Positions 50,501 through 54,480 of a DNA stretch of 64,000 nucleotides are shown here, piece by piece; position 1 is the first letter of the stretch, and each line of letters opens with the position of its first letter. Source of the DNA: Macrostomum hystrix (lineage: Eukaryota > Animalia > Platyhelminthes). Position numbers and translations under genes: made by a program. The stretch lies in the NCBI GenBank assembly GCA_950097015.1, contig CATNEN010000024.1, forward strand, positions 6,820,001-6,884,000, in the 5' to 3' direction. Under the pieces are notes generated by a model. The model was not told the DNA's origin. It ran no database searches and saw nothing but the letters and a program-made list of their open reading frames with translations.

Positions 50501-52323
50501 CGGCTCCGAGGTAGCACTAGATCGTAGTGACCAGCGCCACTGCAGGACAGAACTATGTGAACCTCAGCTATGCCAGGCTTTGGTTCATGCGTTGTTAGTT
50601 TTTCACAGACTAGGCGACGATGGCTCTGGCCGTTAATGATGGTCTCGGCGCACGAATAGACTGTGATGCTGCAGCTGTGTGAGAGCCAGTTTAAATTGGT
50701 GCCATTTTTTATGAATTAAGGTTGGCGACGCGCCTTTAGTTACAACAAATTTAAGTTATGTCACAATGTAGTCAAACAATTTTAAATAAACTACAATTGA
50801 CAATTTAGTTTATCATAGCAACAATTCAAAATATGAAAACTCGTGTGCAGGAATTTATTTAGTTAAGTGAAGTCGCCTACAAACAGTTTTAATAACTTCT
50901 CATCACTTACCCATACACAGAGCTAGCAATGGGCAGCAGGCAGTTAAATGCTGGATGATTAATGCAGCAAGTAGAAGCCAGAGTCGATTTAACAAATCTA
51001 TTTAGTGTGGATGTATTGGGAAATAGTTTAGCTGTCTGATTGCAGTTCAGCACAACCAGCCGCTGCAGACATTGTGAACGAACCATTGGCCAGTACTGCT
51101 GCACACTGTATAGAGCCTCAGATAGGCAGCGAAACAGGCAGGCACCATCTCTAGGCACCAGTTGGCGCCAAAGATTACGCTGATCCAACTCTGCATCCAA
51201 GAATTTATCTAAAAAATAGAAGTAGCTAATGTCATACTAAAAGTAGAAATGCACAAACAATTGTTAAATTAAATTACCATGCTGATGATGACTTTAACCC
51301 CTAACATGGCAGGTTTGCAACATGATAAAGCATCATGTAGTAGGAATGCTTTTATCACTCTTTTTGAAAGTAGAATTCGTACCTTTGCTCTTTGTTTAAA
51401 TGCGCAAAATACCTTAATGTATTATTTAAACCTAAAATATTATAAATATTCTGCCGAATTCATTCACTTTAACAAACCTTTTTAATGTATATAAACGATT
51501 GCAATTTCTGTGAGACAAATCAATTTGCTAGTGCGGCAAAAAAGCCTAAAATACAGCTACACTGTTGTGCCGACATTGTAAAGTGACCTTGGAAAGGTGT
51601 TCCAGCGTGTTAGTTCTTTTCTCTGTTCGAGATTGAGGTTGTGACCCTCCAGTCCATGAGTGCTCTGAGGACTGAGAGTGAGATATCAGTGAAAGCCTTA
51701 GATGGAGACCGCTCGTGGCATAAGAGTCGCTACCATTAAAGTGTTAAGCCGCGGAGATAAGAATCGGCAAGTATTAAAAGTTAAAACGGCCCTTTTCAGG
51801 GCCACCGGCTTAAAGCATAGGGAAATACATGCAGAACTATGAGGAAGAAAGAATAAGATCTGCCTGAGTGACATGCTACCAATAAAAAGAAGATTTGAGT
51901 GATGAGCCCTGTTACACTTATATACATGACAAAATCAAAGCTTACCATGCTAAACTAAAATATTGTACTTTTGACCCTAAGATTGAACTTTTACAATATT
52001 GGAGTCTTTGGGATAGAGATTCCAATACTGGGAGAGGAATACTCCAAGACTCCTGATATTGTACTTGATAGACTCCAAGATTAGATTTTTATGCGGATTG
52101 TGGACTCCAATCTTATAAAAATACATGCTCTTCAAATTTGCATCATTAATCTCTATTTTTACTACACTTAGATATTTTATTTTTTTGTCGTTTGTTTAAT
52201 ATTTAAGTTTAGGTCATAAAAAATAATAATCAGCACTCATAAATGGTATGCACATTTAATAAATAAATTGACATCAAAAATAAGAAAGTAAAAATATGCC
52301 TTACCAAATCCAGTTCCAGTCAT
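2136..52323 (-). CDS. Host OTU-domain deubiquitinase, OTUD4/ALG13/Drosophila Otu-like; 10 predicted coding exons, ~682 aa
   Basis: Join of 52305-52323, 50911-51208, 50116-50674, 8734-9040, 6090-6219, 5602-5926, 3383-3434, 2898-3178, 2409-2445 and 2136-2176. All introns are GT-AG, all phases are compatible, and the total is 2049 nt (683 codons). Motifs: DGACLFR (Cys box), GHYDLV (His box), AICQSIVFQLL, SPYVFRNIQFDLW, a Tudor-like segment, and FFFNVGVQ / YFYNIGVQAF resembling the OTUD4/ALG13 FFFNLGV motif. The first and last exons are the least certain. Confidence 0.8.
2214..2330 (+). repeat. Short dispersed repeat, homologous to 51686-51830
   Basis: Shared blocks CAGTGAAA...ACCGCTCGTG...GAG(A/T)CGCTAC...AAAGTGTTAA...GTTAAAACGGCC.TTTT.AGGGC.ACC in the same orientation. 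Confidence 0.55.
2409..2445 (-). CDS. OTUD4-like gene, exon 9 (AFRALNLFHVYL)
   Basis: TTCCAG acceptor and G|GTAAGT donor; the join gives NIGVQ|AF. Confidence 0.7.
2475..2863 (-). mobile_element. Probable tRNA-derived SINE, copy 1 (in intron 8 of the OTUD4-like gene)
   Basis: Homologous, in opposite orientation, to 54651-54928. Head contains a degenerate B box (GAGCTCGATTCC). A (TAA)n tract at 2514-2553 is flanked by the direct repeat ATTGGAGGAG (2497-2506 and 2552-2561). Confidence 0.55.
2898..3178 (-). CDS. OTUD4-like gene, exon 8 (ends DLFHRSPSTVRYFYNIGVQ)
   Basis: TTACAG acceptor, CAG|GTTAGA donor, open frame, phases 1 to 0. Confidence 0.72.
3184..3369. repeat. 30-bp minisatellite (ACACAAGTCCCAACTAGACTGCAACAGCTG), ~6 copies, intronic
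   Basis: Direct tandem periodicity; the 10-aa repeat in the ORF track is a by-product. Confidence 0.95.
3383..3434 (-). CDS. OTUD4-like gene, exon 7 (TVYCLRNRDAFYTMEFN)
   Basis: TTTACAG acceptor and T|GTAAGT donor; supplies the required phase 0 to 1 bridge. Confidence 0.65.
3551..5525. repeat. 51-bp minisatellite (GGCATTCAGTCACCCCCTGACCTTCAGGGTGTGGTGCCTCAATCCACACAA), ~39 copies, intronic
   Basis: Tandem periodicity with few variant positions; internal inverted repeat CCCTGA-CCT-TCAGGG. Confidence 0.97.
5602..5926 (-). CDS. OTUD4-like gene, exon 6 (Pro/Gln-rich; ends GTDLFQLTPITVVFFFNVGVQ)
   Basis: CTTAG acceptor, CAG|GTGAGG donor, open frame, phases 2 to 0. Confidence 0.75.
6090..6219 (-). 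CDS. OTUD4-like gene, exon 5
   Basis: TTCCAG acceptor, GG|GTAAGG donor, 130 bp open, phases 1 to 2. Confidence 0.65.
6313..8701. repeat. 36/37-bp minisatellite (GGTTGCTTTGACAGTTCATTAGCCTGCTCATTCACC), ~66 copies, intronic
   Basis: Tandem periodicity; some units carry a 1-bp insertion (CACCTGG). Confidence 0.97.
8734..9040 (-). CDS. OTUD4-like gene, exon 4 (starts VNSESNTCIVYLP, second half of the Tudor-like domain)
   Basis: TTCCCAG acceptor at 9041-9042 and G|GTAAGT donor; the phase 0 join with the exon ending at 50116 gives LAYLRQ|VNSESNTCIVYLP. Confidence 0.7.
9132..10769. repeat. 30-bp satellite, left arm (TCTGAGCTCACCATCTGAGACTAGTTTTGC), ~55 units
   Basis: Tandem periodicity; interrupted at 10769 by the Polinton. 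Confidence 0.98.
10764..10769 (+). other. Left copy of the 6-bp target-site duplication TCTGAG
   Basis: The same hexamer follows the element at 26132-26137. The satellite phase shows a true duplication (CCA-TCTGAG | element | TCTGAG-ACTAG). Confidence 0.93.
10770..11453 (+). repeat. Left terminal inverted repeat (684 bp)
   Basis: Reverse complement of 25473-26131, apart from a 24-bp insertion (10996-11019) and one extra A in a poly-A run. Confidence 0.95.
11218..11469 (+). CDS. Small Tyr-rich hypothetical protein encoded in the left TIR (83 aa from the likely ATG; 124 aa from the upstream ATG at 11095)
   Basis: ATG in the TAAAAATG context shared by other element genes; an identical copy lies in the right TIR. 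Confidence 0.55.
   Translation: MLPIVSPGSYYKRHEPNYKSKYQCKRECSEYMKKYWPGVDINVPNINQALQSHWFHKYGVTYVKDYDSYYNFAEIIKQLTFSQ
11453..12250 (-). CDS. Polinton minor capsid (penton) protein, 265 aa
   Basis: WSNVPNVTAANNKFHY and FETEDGVGVDFNGEEFVLTLII resemble Polinton penton motifs; lies next to the MCP. Confidence 0.8.
   Translation of the reverse strand: MEAIAERLNNIISHSKESIPITIAGRINDPNGIFVEKLQQAIRLDPSANYHVYLNDFTGWSNVPNVTAANNKFHYKWRGAAAEAVVFPVSTQSVDTYNYFLENIFTKRGHFETPNESKPEKKLFPVKLSYDLTVMRVVMQVHKDAEVEFKDDTWYRELGFEKKVYKSGLFLAPNIADIVKGLNILIRSNLSRDWVFKGKRTNILYNISNSVPGGQMLVEKPNPVKRVVLSNKEIHEIVLQFETEDGVGVDFNGEEFVLTLIIERM
12275..13561 (-). CDS. Polinton major capsid protein (double jelly-roll), 428 aa
   Basis: Size and beta-rich composition; LISNFWAYMFKEFSVSNGSTELERI and VFVPLRFMSGF motifs; tandem with the penton. 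Confidence 0.82.
   Translation of the reverse strand: MNDPLTPVFYKINKPILSDDSTIKATQVRVPSQENQNETNLGPGQTLTFTYNGCSSLVSVHSLKSGFHMTFQFKTKGGADAAHANVDKHDADVALISNFWAYMFKEFSVSNGSTELERIANFGIVYDAHCLIENPDFIQLGSGAGFIADEKEGDINDSGYKKRKKRYNYALQGADDAAKNPLYRSVDVFVPLRFMSGFCNTFNRLTSNFSYTFKVTRDDRSRVLWTGADHTRMEVKLTGIELYLEVIEPKTALKADYLKAIEKDIDVAYTAYMCRDERNETRTNICIKEGSCSNPRYIIINMRNPNNIIRYMHGDVRSIQHEISDNLYPALPQNGNFSQNKISKFYSELVDLAVKENNGIAITALQYGTLYPMFGADVSARQMPTDNSPVNIVTNIERTAATAVDLYIIYAFERKVKLNMINNSSSKV
13592..14764 (+). CDS. Polinton hypothetical protein, 390 aa, probable virion core protein
   Basis: Long ORF with AAAAATG start. The C-terminal RGKG-ISDIYKRVAVLLGAAKTG...EFVNILDKM resembles a helical motif common in Polinton ORFs. 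Contains QQPP repeats. Confidence 0.72.
   Translation: MKRKNAHQISELEKLAQAEKRVTGLINKEQQSYNEFVQAATEFHKPGYGEAKKNIDQVKETIDDIQETQVQKALGKIPEAPQIQQSADPQVQVPQQSQLKVTDNFFGPVERAEHDGKYVFGISMWRKKIYNEPVEYYIDINKTHISVVKGSETKSIIFTETLLTFMTKNQEKISDKQLKNYRDLVTFALARDIEILKDPQVLKMMHDNGVILTRFKKYKYFIQWFGLPDQEAAIKYLEQQPPQQQPPQQQPPQQQQTSESTPEDVLSALENADPTQVAKYKNDHPDAWQQLENFSPARMNKIKARVFTPQQRPVESSPQSSTDQSSTDQSFRGKGISDIYKRVAVLLGAAKTGMKDENRKEFVNILDKMMEKKYIDKRARELLLSRFNKK
14782..15174 (+). CDS. Small Polinton protein, 130 aa, with three GxG motifs and an amphipathic helix
   Basis: KRGSG-LF, RSGNG-LADII and KKGSG-FKFE; TAAAAATG start. Confidence 0.7.
   Translation: MPIIFEKDVDKYYDKEELNLIKRGSGLFPAGHYPRKERSGNGLADIIAQGAQIFKVISENKDNIKNAAESVGSVVTAAKKIKDAVTQDIQPPLAPLAPLAPLAPNPDTVDPAIYEKMRASIKKGSGFKFE
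15090..15510. repeat. 137-bp tandem duplication (15090-15226 and 15227-15363) followed by 17/21-bp minirepeats
   Basis: CCCAAA microhomology at 15090, 15227 and 15364; AGTCCCAAAAAGACACATCTA and AGTCCTAGACACATCTA units at 15361-15510. Confidence 0.9.
15557..16357 (+). CDS. Genome-packaging ATPase (A32/FtsK-HerA superfamily), 266 aa
   Basis: Walker A (VVGSSGSGKT), Walker B (LIVFDD), arginine-finger region RGRHNNCNVIYIAQ. Confidence 0.95.
   Translation: MDFSNDFNPHWTRNQIKFSHHESIPGHFRCIVVGSSGSGKTFRVFNMLLRPGFIDYDTLHIYSPTLYQDEYKMLISGLQNRLHKEHIIQCFNNQKSLPSNPEIVAAEYAKYLKDNEKWQNIKVFTYGDPQVDPKTKLLPQPDELEKGRKHLIVFDDCMTGPQKQIENYFTRGRHNNCNVIYIAQNWFELPNKTIRGNCNLILLFPTIPQDRLKRFYNEVIAPAHFVNPTKNSNRKISQEEFVNLCYEKWNQPYQFVMINKEKRTVI
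16376..17104 (+). CDS. Coiled-coil protein, possible fiber/spike stalk (~242 aa from the ATG at 16376)
   Basis: Heptad pattern with (TLRSDIA) repeats; poly-A ATG context. The fiber role is inference. Confidence 0.65.
   Translation: MSVNFAGESLDRGSTLTSAQVSYLDRRYINVDEKIPEIKLIKDRLKALERATHQQQINMEDLRLSVAKRKEEIDILYVQFVHDRDTLVAAIPTLRSDIATLRSDIATLRTAVNNRANLVEERVTENSNKVRNLEAFMLRSSTVHDRLSSRLTAAESDITALQRLANETKETLRPMGLNVTRHTEYLNRIYNDWGKTKRRLGRLERLHNLPDIDIEEARVSDGPSEEVSREAARRATDLRERS
17136..17759 (+). CDS. Predicted membrane-associated Polinton protein, 207 aa
   Basis: Long hydrophobic Gly/Ala segment (LLGSVSVLSGSAAAVSTIPVITVPIAIPLGAAGATCGLISAVTGAL); N-terminal PSAPP and LYP motifs; C-terminal SKAIEDKFISEDEF. 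Confidence 0.75.
   Translation: MSEKINSLYEPSAPPNNPSPQQPLYPTFTCNSQQFRLVEIQKMRDDIKRQIDHNTKKLKRYNRQCKVFDYLNMLLGSVSVLSGSAAAVSTIPVITVPIAIPLGAAGATCGLISAVTGALSRNRRQKLKHLHAKQTNEKSVQNSIIGYISKAIEDKFISEDEFKNIQDLYEQRVRLNLNTIDEMSQLRNDLENVFKQHVAKAAKMNKT
17785..18195 (-). CDS. Adenain-like cysteine protease (capsid maturation), ~136 aa from the ATG at 18195
   Basis: GSHWVC (His), YFDSYG (Asp), Q...CGELC (oxyanion Gln and catalytic Cys). Confidence 0.93.
   Translation of the reverse strand: MTTNIYLEELAQQLKIPNFRGVFMKDTLPETPLEKECGIMNFDPAEKPGSHWVCWVIDPNRKHKYYYFDSYGTAVPEVLRNYMTHMRHKMRHKIYRSDFILQGINSDVCGELCMTVLYAMTHTRKSYKEIILGLKK
18234..22040 (-). CDS. polB: Protein-primed family B DNA polymerase, 1268 aa
   Basis: ExoI YADFEC, ExoII FHNGRGYD, ExoIII YLWTD, motif A YLDANNLYGWAM, motif B KLANNSVYGK, motif C YTDTDS. 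Also a Cys/His finger and an endonuclease VII-like insert (CHICRK...VRDHDHFTGKFRGAAHNTCN). Confidence 0.97.
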   Translation of the reverse strand: MPKAIPEKKFVESFFQNYCPQASSFQQKSKVLQELCRQKFNQDPGHLGSYAKQQEIINQLLHSEQYTPVMNPAAEHQQKSRSLVNKYETLTGQNVLKYPQNKQEQEDLERTIHQVEAELQVELQTEDLKFAQRKFTEYYIEYTIQEDTTNSQSDIYDFKDRIQSVIDHTLKSRKTFKLQLSFKIEFYMPAKPTERLEYYMTTKALPFTPTDTQDPFLQEISKKIDAFTSRGSGWVVNGIQKATVMIMKYDPLKASSYIELPKKLASKKACINVQNDDQCCALWAVLSAILYEKDRAHPERTSHYKMYFDAKLLECHAKGISFNRGGLAIDQIPKLEEVFNNKIRITVFEWNEKSEKVQLVRASKNTLDPEGRRRIDVDLLIIGDLRENAHYVWIKDLSRLLHKQMNNHHESVAICRLCLKHYSGPDRDEKLKEHELTCEDHPTNCTLPTDKHLRFKSYHKMEKLPFIVYADFECAINPETNKHVPNSVAYLFIGRDSFICSKYFLGDQCVEQFIYSMMELQKNVAAIQPVPIIMSDQDEIDFGSATHCHICRKLLTPCDVKNHTVRDHDHFTGKFRGAAHNTCNLKLQKNIRDLTVFFHNGRGYDYHLLVEKLGMIPGIKLDCIAENKEKFKCIDIKRDSGKIKIKDSFQFLAASLDALSKNLTDDQCTYTKMLADSLNPRTPDSFKLLRKKGVYPYECNHVFAEPLPPKDKFFSKLTNSGISDEDYEHAQTVYKHFNCRNFLDYHMLYLWTDVFLLADVFETFRKTWYSAYGLDPAHYVSLPATSWESLLKMKWDQNPNWYIELLTDIDMYNFIDSSKRGGISICVHRYAKANNPYLEDYDKEKPSNYIIYLDANNLYGWAMSQDLPVRDFRWLTECNTDFSIPAIYEVDVEVPKGFHDYFSDFAPFPENINCPKIIQYNDGSWQLSEKEKERVKKLTQNLMNKTRYKIHYKLLQYFISLGCRVTNVHRALAFTEEAWMKPYIEKNTQFRTKATNSFDKDLFKLANNSVYGKTLENERNRTNLKLVTCYEPGTIQTSLSKPTFKELHIFNDYLGAILFYKTKVTLCKPIFTGVTVLDESKRLMYKFFYDMKRQYGEQVKLLYTDTDSLILNIQTEDVYQDMLNQKHLYDLSEYPESFKTLKGDQVRDTGNQKVVGKMKDETAGTLITEFIGLRAKSYFVKSCKSTIKKSKGIPKHVVKNDLHEASYKDALINNKNTTHEFMKLQSKNHNIHTIQQKKIGLSGADNKRYIFDDNINSLPFGHYRLNNL
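22165..22596 (-). CDS. Adenovirus pX (Mu precursor)-like core/membrane-active protein, 143 aa
   Basis: KTGG|ILPLLTLIPIIAGALGAAGGVA resembles the adenoviral pX C-terminus (RGG|ILPLLIPLIAAAIGA) after an adenain-type site. Confidence 0.72.
   Translation of the reverse strand: MIETRTVNKISRIIDSKKPGVVSIKGVKVKVDPIQHLIHCNNQTHNITDEKTGGILPLLTLIPIIAGALGAAGGVAGGVASAVKAGNDRAHQQEMEKIAREKGVRIGMGSCESDESADESVSKSEIVKAIMTLHKAGFTILRM
22614..23603 (-). CDS. int: Retroviral-like DDE integrase, 329 aa
   Basis: HQADL (D), LTVIDIASRY, MTDPGKEF (D), VERFNLTL (E). No chromodomain evident at the C-terminus. Confidence 0.95.
   Translation of the reverse strand: MTDQKLQKLYYSDKGFFVGKNAVTKLAELSNESKQTVERWLSKQAVYQVYFPPVKFTRPHFNIYKPNEAHQADLLFLPNDSGYKYALTVIDIASRYKEARPLKTKKSEAVAAALQYIYKNSPLTYPQTFMTDPGKEFMGAVKSLMEKNNTKMRYGRTELHRDQAFVERFNLTLAKRLFTKQTAEELKLKSGQYYTKWTERLPAVISQLNNEVSRMTNLKPNTAIKQDTVNSKHPISQFPFPKLPGVYSPEVLTNSEFVRFLYLPGELEKDTKRRATDPYFSLDVHKINRHFTSASGDYYFLSQDFNSKAPTRSFTRAELLVIPHDTEIN
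23630..24133 (+). CDS. Parvovirus VP1-type phospholipase A2-like protein, 167 aa
   Basis: IPGYKYCGPLN (calcium-loop-like), LDSVCMWHDIKY (catalytic HDxxY), downstream RWDKEML. Confidence 0.85.
   Translation: MMQRFGGNLDSHGLVEKLPHPNKGWTIPGYKYCGPLNPLEIQLDKNNNPNPGHEPVNELDSVCMWHDIKYRDFPEEKTRWDKEMLRMLDNMGTSSGWRESIARKLVKAVIFGKTKLGLGIGGCLWEEGCVCGKAGVECGGRDRFGFVLQAPNREMGRLLKELGVEKA
24426..25208 (-). CDS. Hypothetical regulator, ~260 aa: acidic/low-complexity N-terminus and a C-terminal helix-turn-helix-like region (DUF3102-like)
   Basis: AGQILKTVQQ...FASFLDENQKKMGIKKSTAYFYMKLA pattern. Likely ATG at 25208; the ORF track uses a GTG at 25262. Confidence 0.62.
   Translation of the reverse strand: MTQKTGISDELACNLSLVPTLVESPMQISTQEEDQLLAPTQSQLIRTDTVSITSTLNGMFADLPSDRQTKWSGKKTAALSELKKLEATLEEDDDEEDFTEEEKLKQKEEKTKERLNQLKTTLKDNVIKGPQCVSHGFKVFSFERRNSLKIAIEHLSNINRDIEHNRRNIIYLAVAAGQILKTVQQKLTNRKKGFASFLDENQKKMGIKKSTAYFYMKLAMIAVDFPTIQQLSLPLRKLQAILPHLREVSRADEDFWKNLQ
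25298..25385 (-). promoter_or_regulatory. Candidate Pol II promoter for the 24426-25208 gene
   Basis: TATAAATA (minus strand, 25298-25305), TCACGTGA palindrome (25316-25323), CCAAT (25362-25366), GC-box-like CCACCCGCC (25377-25385). Confidence 0.45.
25469..25708 (-). CDS. Second copy of the TIR-encoded hypothetical protein (79 aa from the likely ATG; 120 aa from 25831)
   Basis: Identical to the left copy up to EIIKQL, then a different stop outside the TIR. Confidence 0.55.
   Translation of the reverse strand: MLPIVSPGSYYKRHEPNYKSKYQCKRECSEYMKKYWPGVDINVPNINQALQSHWFHKYGVTYVKDYDSYYNFAEIIKQL
25473..26131 (-). repeat. Right terminal inverted repeat (659 bp)
   Basis: Ends TGCATACTACT, followed by the TSD. 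Confidence 0.95.
26132..26137 (+). other. Right copy of the 6-bp TSD TCTGAG
   Basis: Matches 10764-10769. Confidence 0.93.
26132..50081. repeat. 30-bp satellite, right arm, ~24 kb (~800 units), with higher-order structure
   Basis: Same unit as 9132-10769; recurrent 29-bp deletion units and variant units define repeated blocks. Confidence 0.98.
50116..50674 (-). CDS. OTUD4-like gene, exon 3 (OTU His box and start of the Tudor-like domain)
   Basis: CACACAG acceptor; GAGHYDLVLP, AICQSIVFQLL and YVFRNIQFDLW; CAG|GTGCGA donor. Confidence 0.85.
50911..51208 (-). CDS. OTUD4-like gene, exon 2 (OTU Cys box)
   Basis: LWRQLVPRDGACLFRCLSEAL; TTTTTAG acceptor and GG|GTAAGT donor; phases 1 to 2. Confidence 0.88.
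51686..51830 (+). repeat. Short dispersed repeat, homologous to 2214-2330
   Basis: Shared motif blocks as listed for 2214-2330. Confidence 0.5.
52305..52323 (-). CDS. OTUD4-like gene, putative first coding exon (MTGTGF)
   Basis: ATG followed by a G|GTAAGG donor in the phase needed to join exon 2. Confidence 0.5.
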
Positions 52324-54480
52324 TAGAAGAATATTTTAGCTAGGCCTATGTCAATTAGAGATTGCTTAGCAACATGAATCTATATTTTTTATAAAAAAAG
52401 AAGAAGACTTGGAAAGTTAGGTGCCTGGGCTAGTCTTATAAGATGTAGTACTGGTCTACTTTTAAATATAAATAACTTATTTAATCAACGTTTTTCAACT
52501 ACACGTAACATTGGGTATAGTTAATTATACTTCGCTTAATAGTCCTAAAAATTGTTCAATTTAACTACATATAAATCAACTATGAGTATGCCTAGCCTAC
52601 TAAGCCTGCCTGAGTCAAATTGAACTCTTGTAATAACCTGAACTATGTCTAATACAACTTTTGTATTAAATTTACCACGTTTACGTAGTTTAATACGTCG
52701 ATGTAATTGACTAGGTTACTTAGCCGGTGAAGCCTGTCTAATTATTCACGTCTATTGTACTACGCTGGACTACTTCTAAGCTTTGAGCTAAGTTGAACTG
52801 CTTAGTTCTCTAAGTACGTTTAGTTTTAGTGTGTATACATATAGATGCAGAAAACTTAATTATGCATGTACATGCGTTACCTGATCAAGACTCTTCACGG
52901 ATCATGTGCGGTCAGTGAGCGGTTTAAAGTGGTTCACGCTGACAAGATTTAAATTATTTTTTTCGTTTTAAACAAAGAAGCCGTAATACGGTACGCGTTT
53001 AGTATTTGTAAAATTTTCAAATCCGGAATTTTCATTTCGGATAGGAAAATAGATAGATAACAGAGAATGAAACGTTATAAGTTTCCACGTGACATTTCCA
53101 TTTTTCAATCTGAGCACAACAGAATGTAATGTCGAAGAGTTAAAATTATAATGAGACCATGTAATTATCCATTAATGTAAAAATGAAACATTTTTTACGA
53201 TAAGTTTCAGGTCCCAAAACGTGCAATTGTTTCTGCATCTCAATAGTTTTTTGTGCTACCGTCTTAAGTACCAATGCAGTAAAATTACGTCAGTGCGTAA
53301 CACTACAGTGCAATACAGTACAGTACACAGTACATTACAGAACAGTACATACTACAGTGGTCCTTGTACTGTCTCTGTTAGTACATGTAATCTCACTCAG
53401 ACTCAAAAACAATAAGGGCATCTCCGACTGTGCCTATAATGCCTGCACATGTTGAGCAAATTCTACATGCCTGGTGCTATATAGTTATCTGTTAAAAAGG
53501 GCTGTTAAAAAGAAAGGGTAGGGCACTCAGAAGAGTCGCGAAGAAGTAAAAAACAAGTCGCAAGGCAATTTTTGTCAGTTTTAACTTAAATTTTCATGTT
53601 CTTAGTTTTAATTCTCGTTTTTATTATTGTGCTTACTGCCGGTCGTAGCCAAGTGTACTTATGCAAAATTTAGCGTTTGCTATGAGAAGCTTTAAAATTC
53701 CGAAAAGTATGCACATTTGAATTCCGAATAAAAAACAATATTTATAAAAAGGATCGACATATAATAAATTTGTAAGAGCAAAACATATTTATACATTTTG
53801 AAGTTAAATTTAAGGCATCCTGTAAGTACAGGCCCGTTTCTGTGATTTTCGATTGTCGAAAACAAGTTAAGAAATGAAAATGCTGAAGTGTTCCTGTTCC
53901 TAAAACTCAATAAATACCTGTAACCAAGCGTTTATTATAATATATATGGAAAATTAAAATCATTTTAACCATCAAAAAATTGTAATCATTTTTCAAACGA
54001 AATACTTTGCCAACTGAGGGATTGTTTTCCAATTACCTGATATTTGCTTTCTTGACAACTGGCCAGTTAGGAGGATACTTTCCTTTAGTTATACCGGGTT
54101 TGGAAATGGGCCTAGCTACTAGAGGTAGTAATTAATGCATGTTTTCCTATCCATGGAGTCAGTATGGGGGTTGGTTCCGAGGCTGTATGTACATAGCTTT
54201 AATGTACATACAACATGAAGTACGAGCTACATGTAACTAAAGAAATTAAAAGCTAAAAAAGAATTTTCTACTCGTAGCTGTGCTCACGGACGGGGAGCTA
54301 GCTTTTGCTAGTTAGCTCGTGCGTTACCTATAATTTATTGACAGATTAAACTAGTACATAACAATAATTACAGTTTTCAAACCTGTTATTATAAAACTTT
54401 TGTTCGTACTATATTAATGAACAAAGCTGGACAAAACAAATCAAAGCGACATTCACAGTAATAGCTGTTGCATGCAGCTG

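Noticed and set aside
50911-51208. Possible link between the host OTU domain and OTU domains known from some Polinton PolBs
   Set aside because: This PolB shows no OTU motif, and the host OTU exons have normal introns outside the TIRs; the proximity is coincidental.
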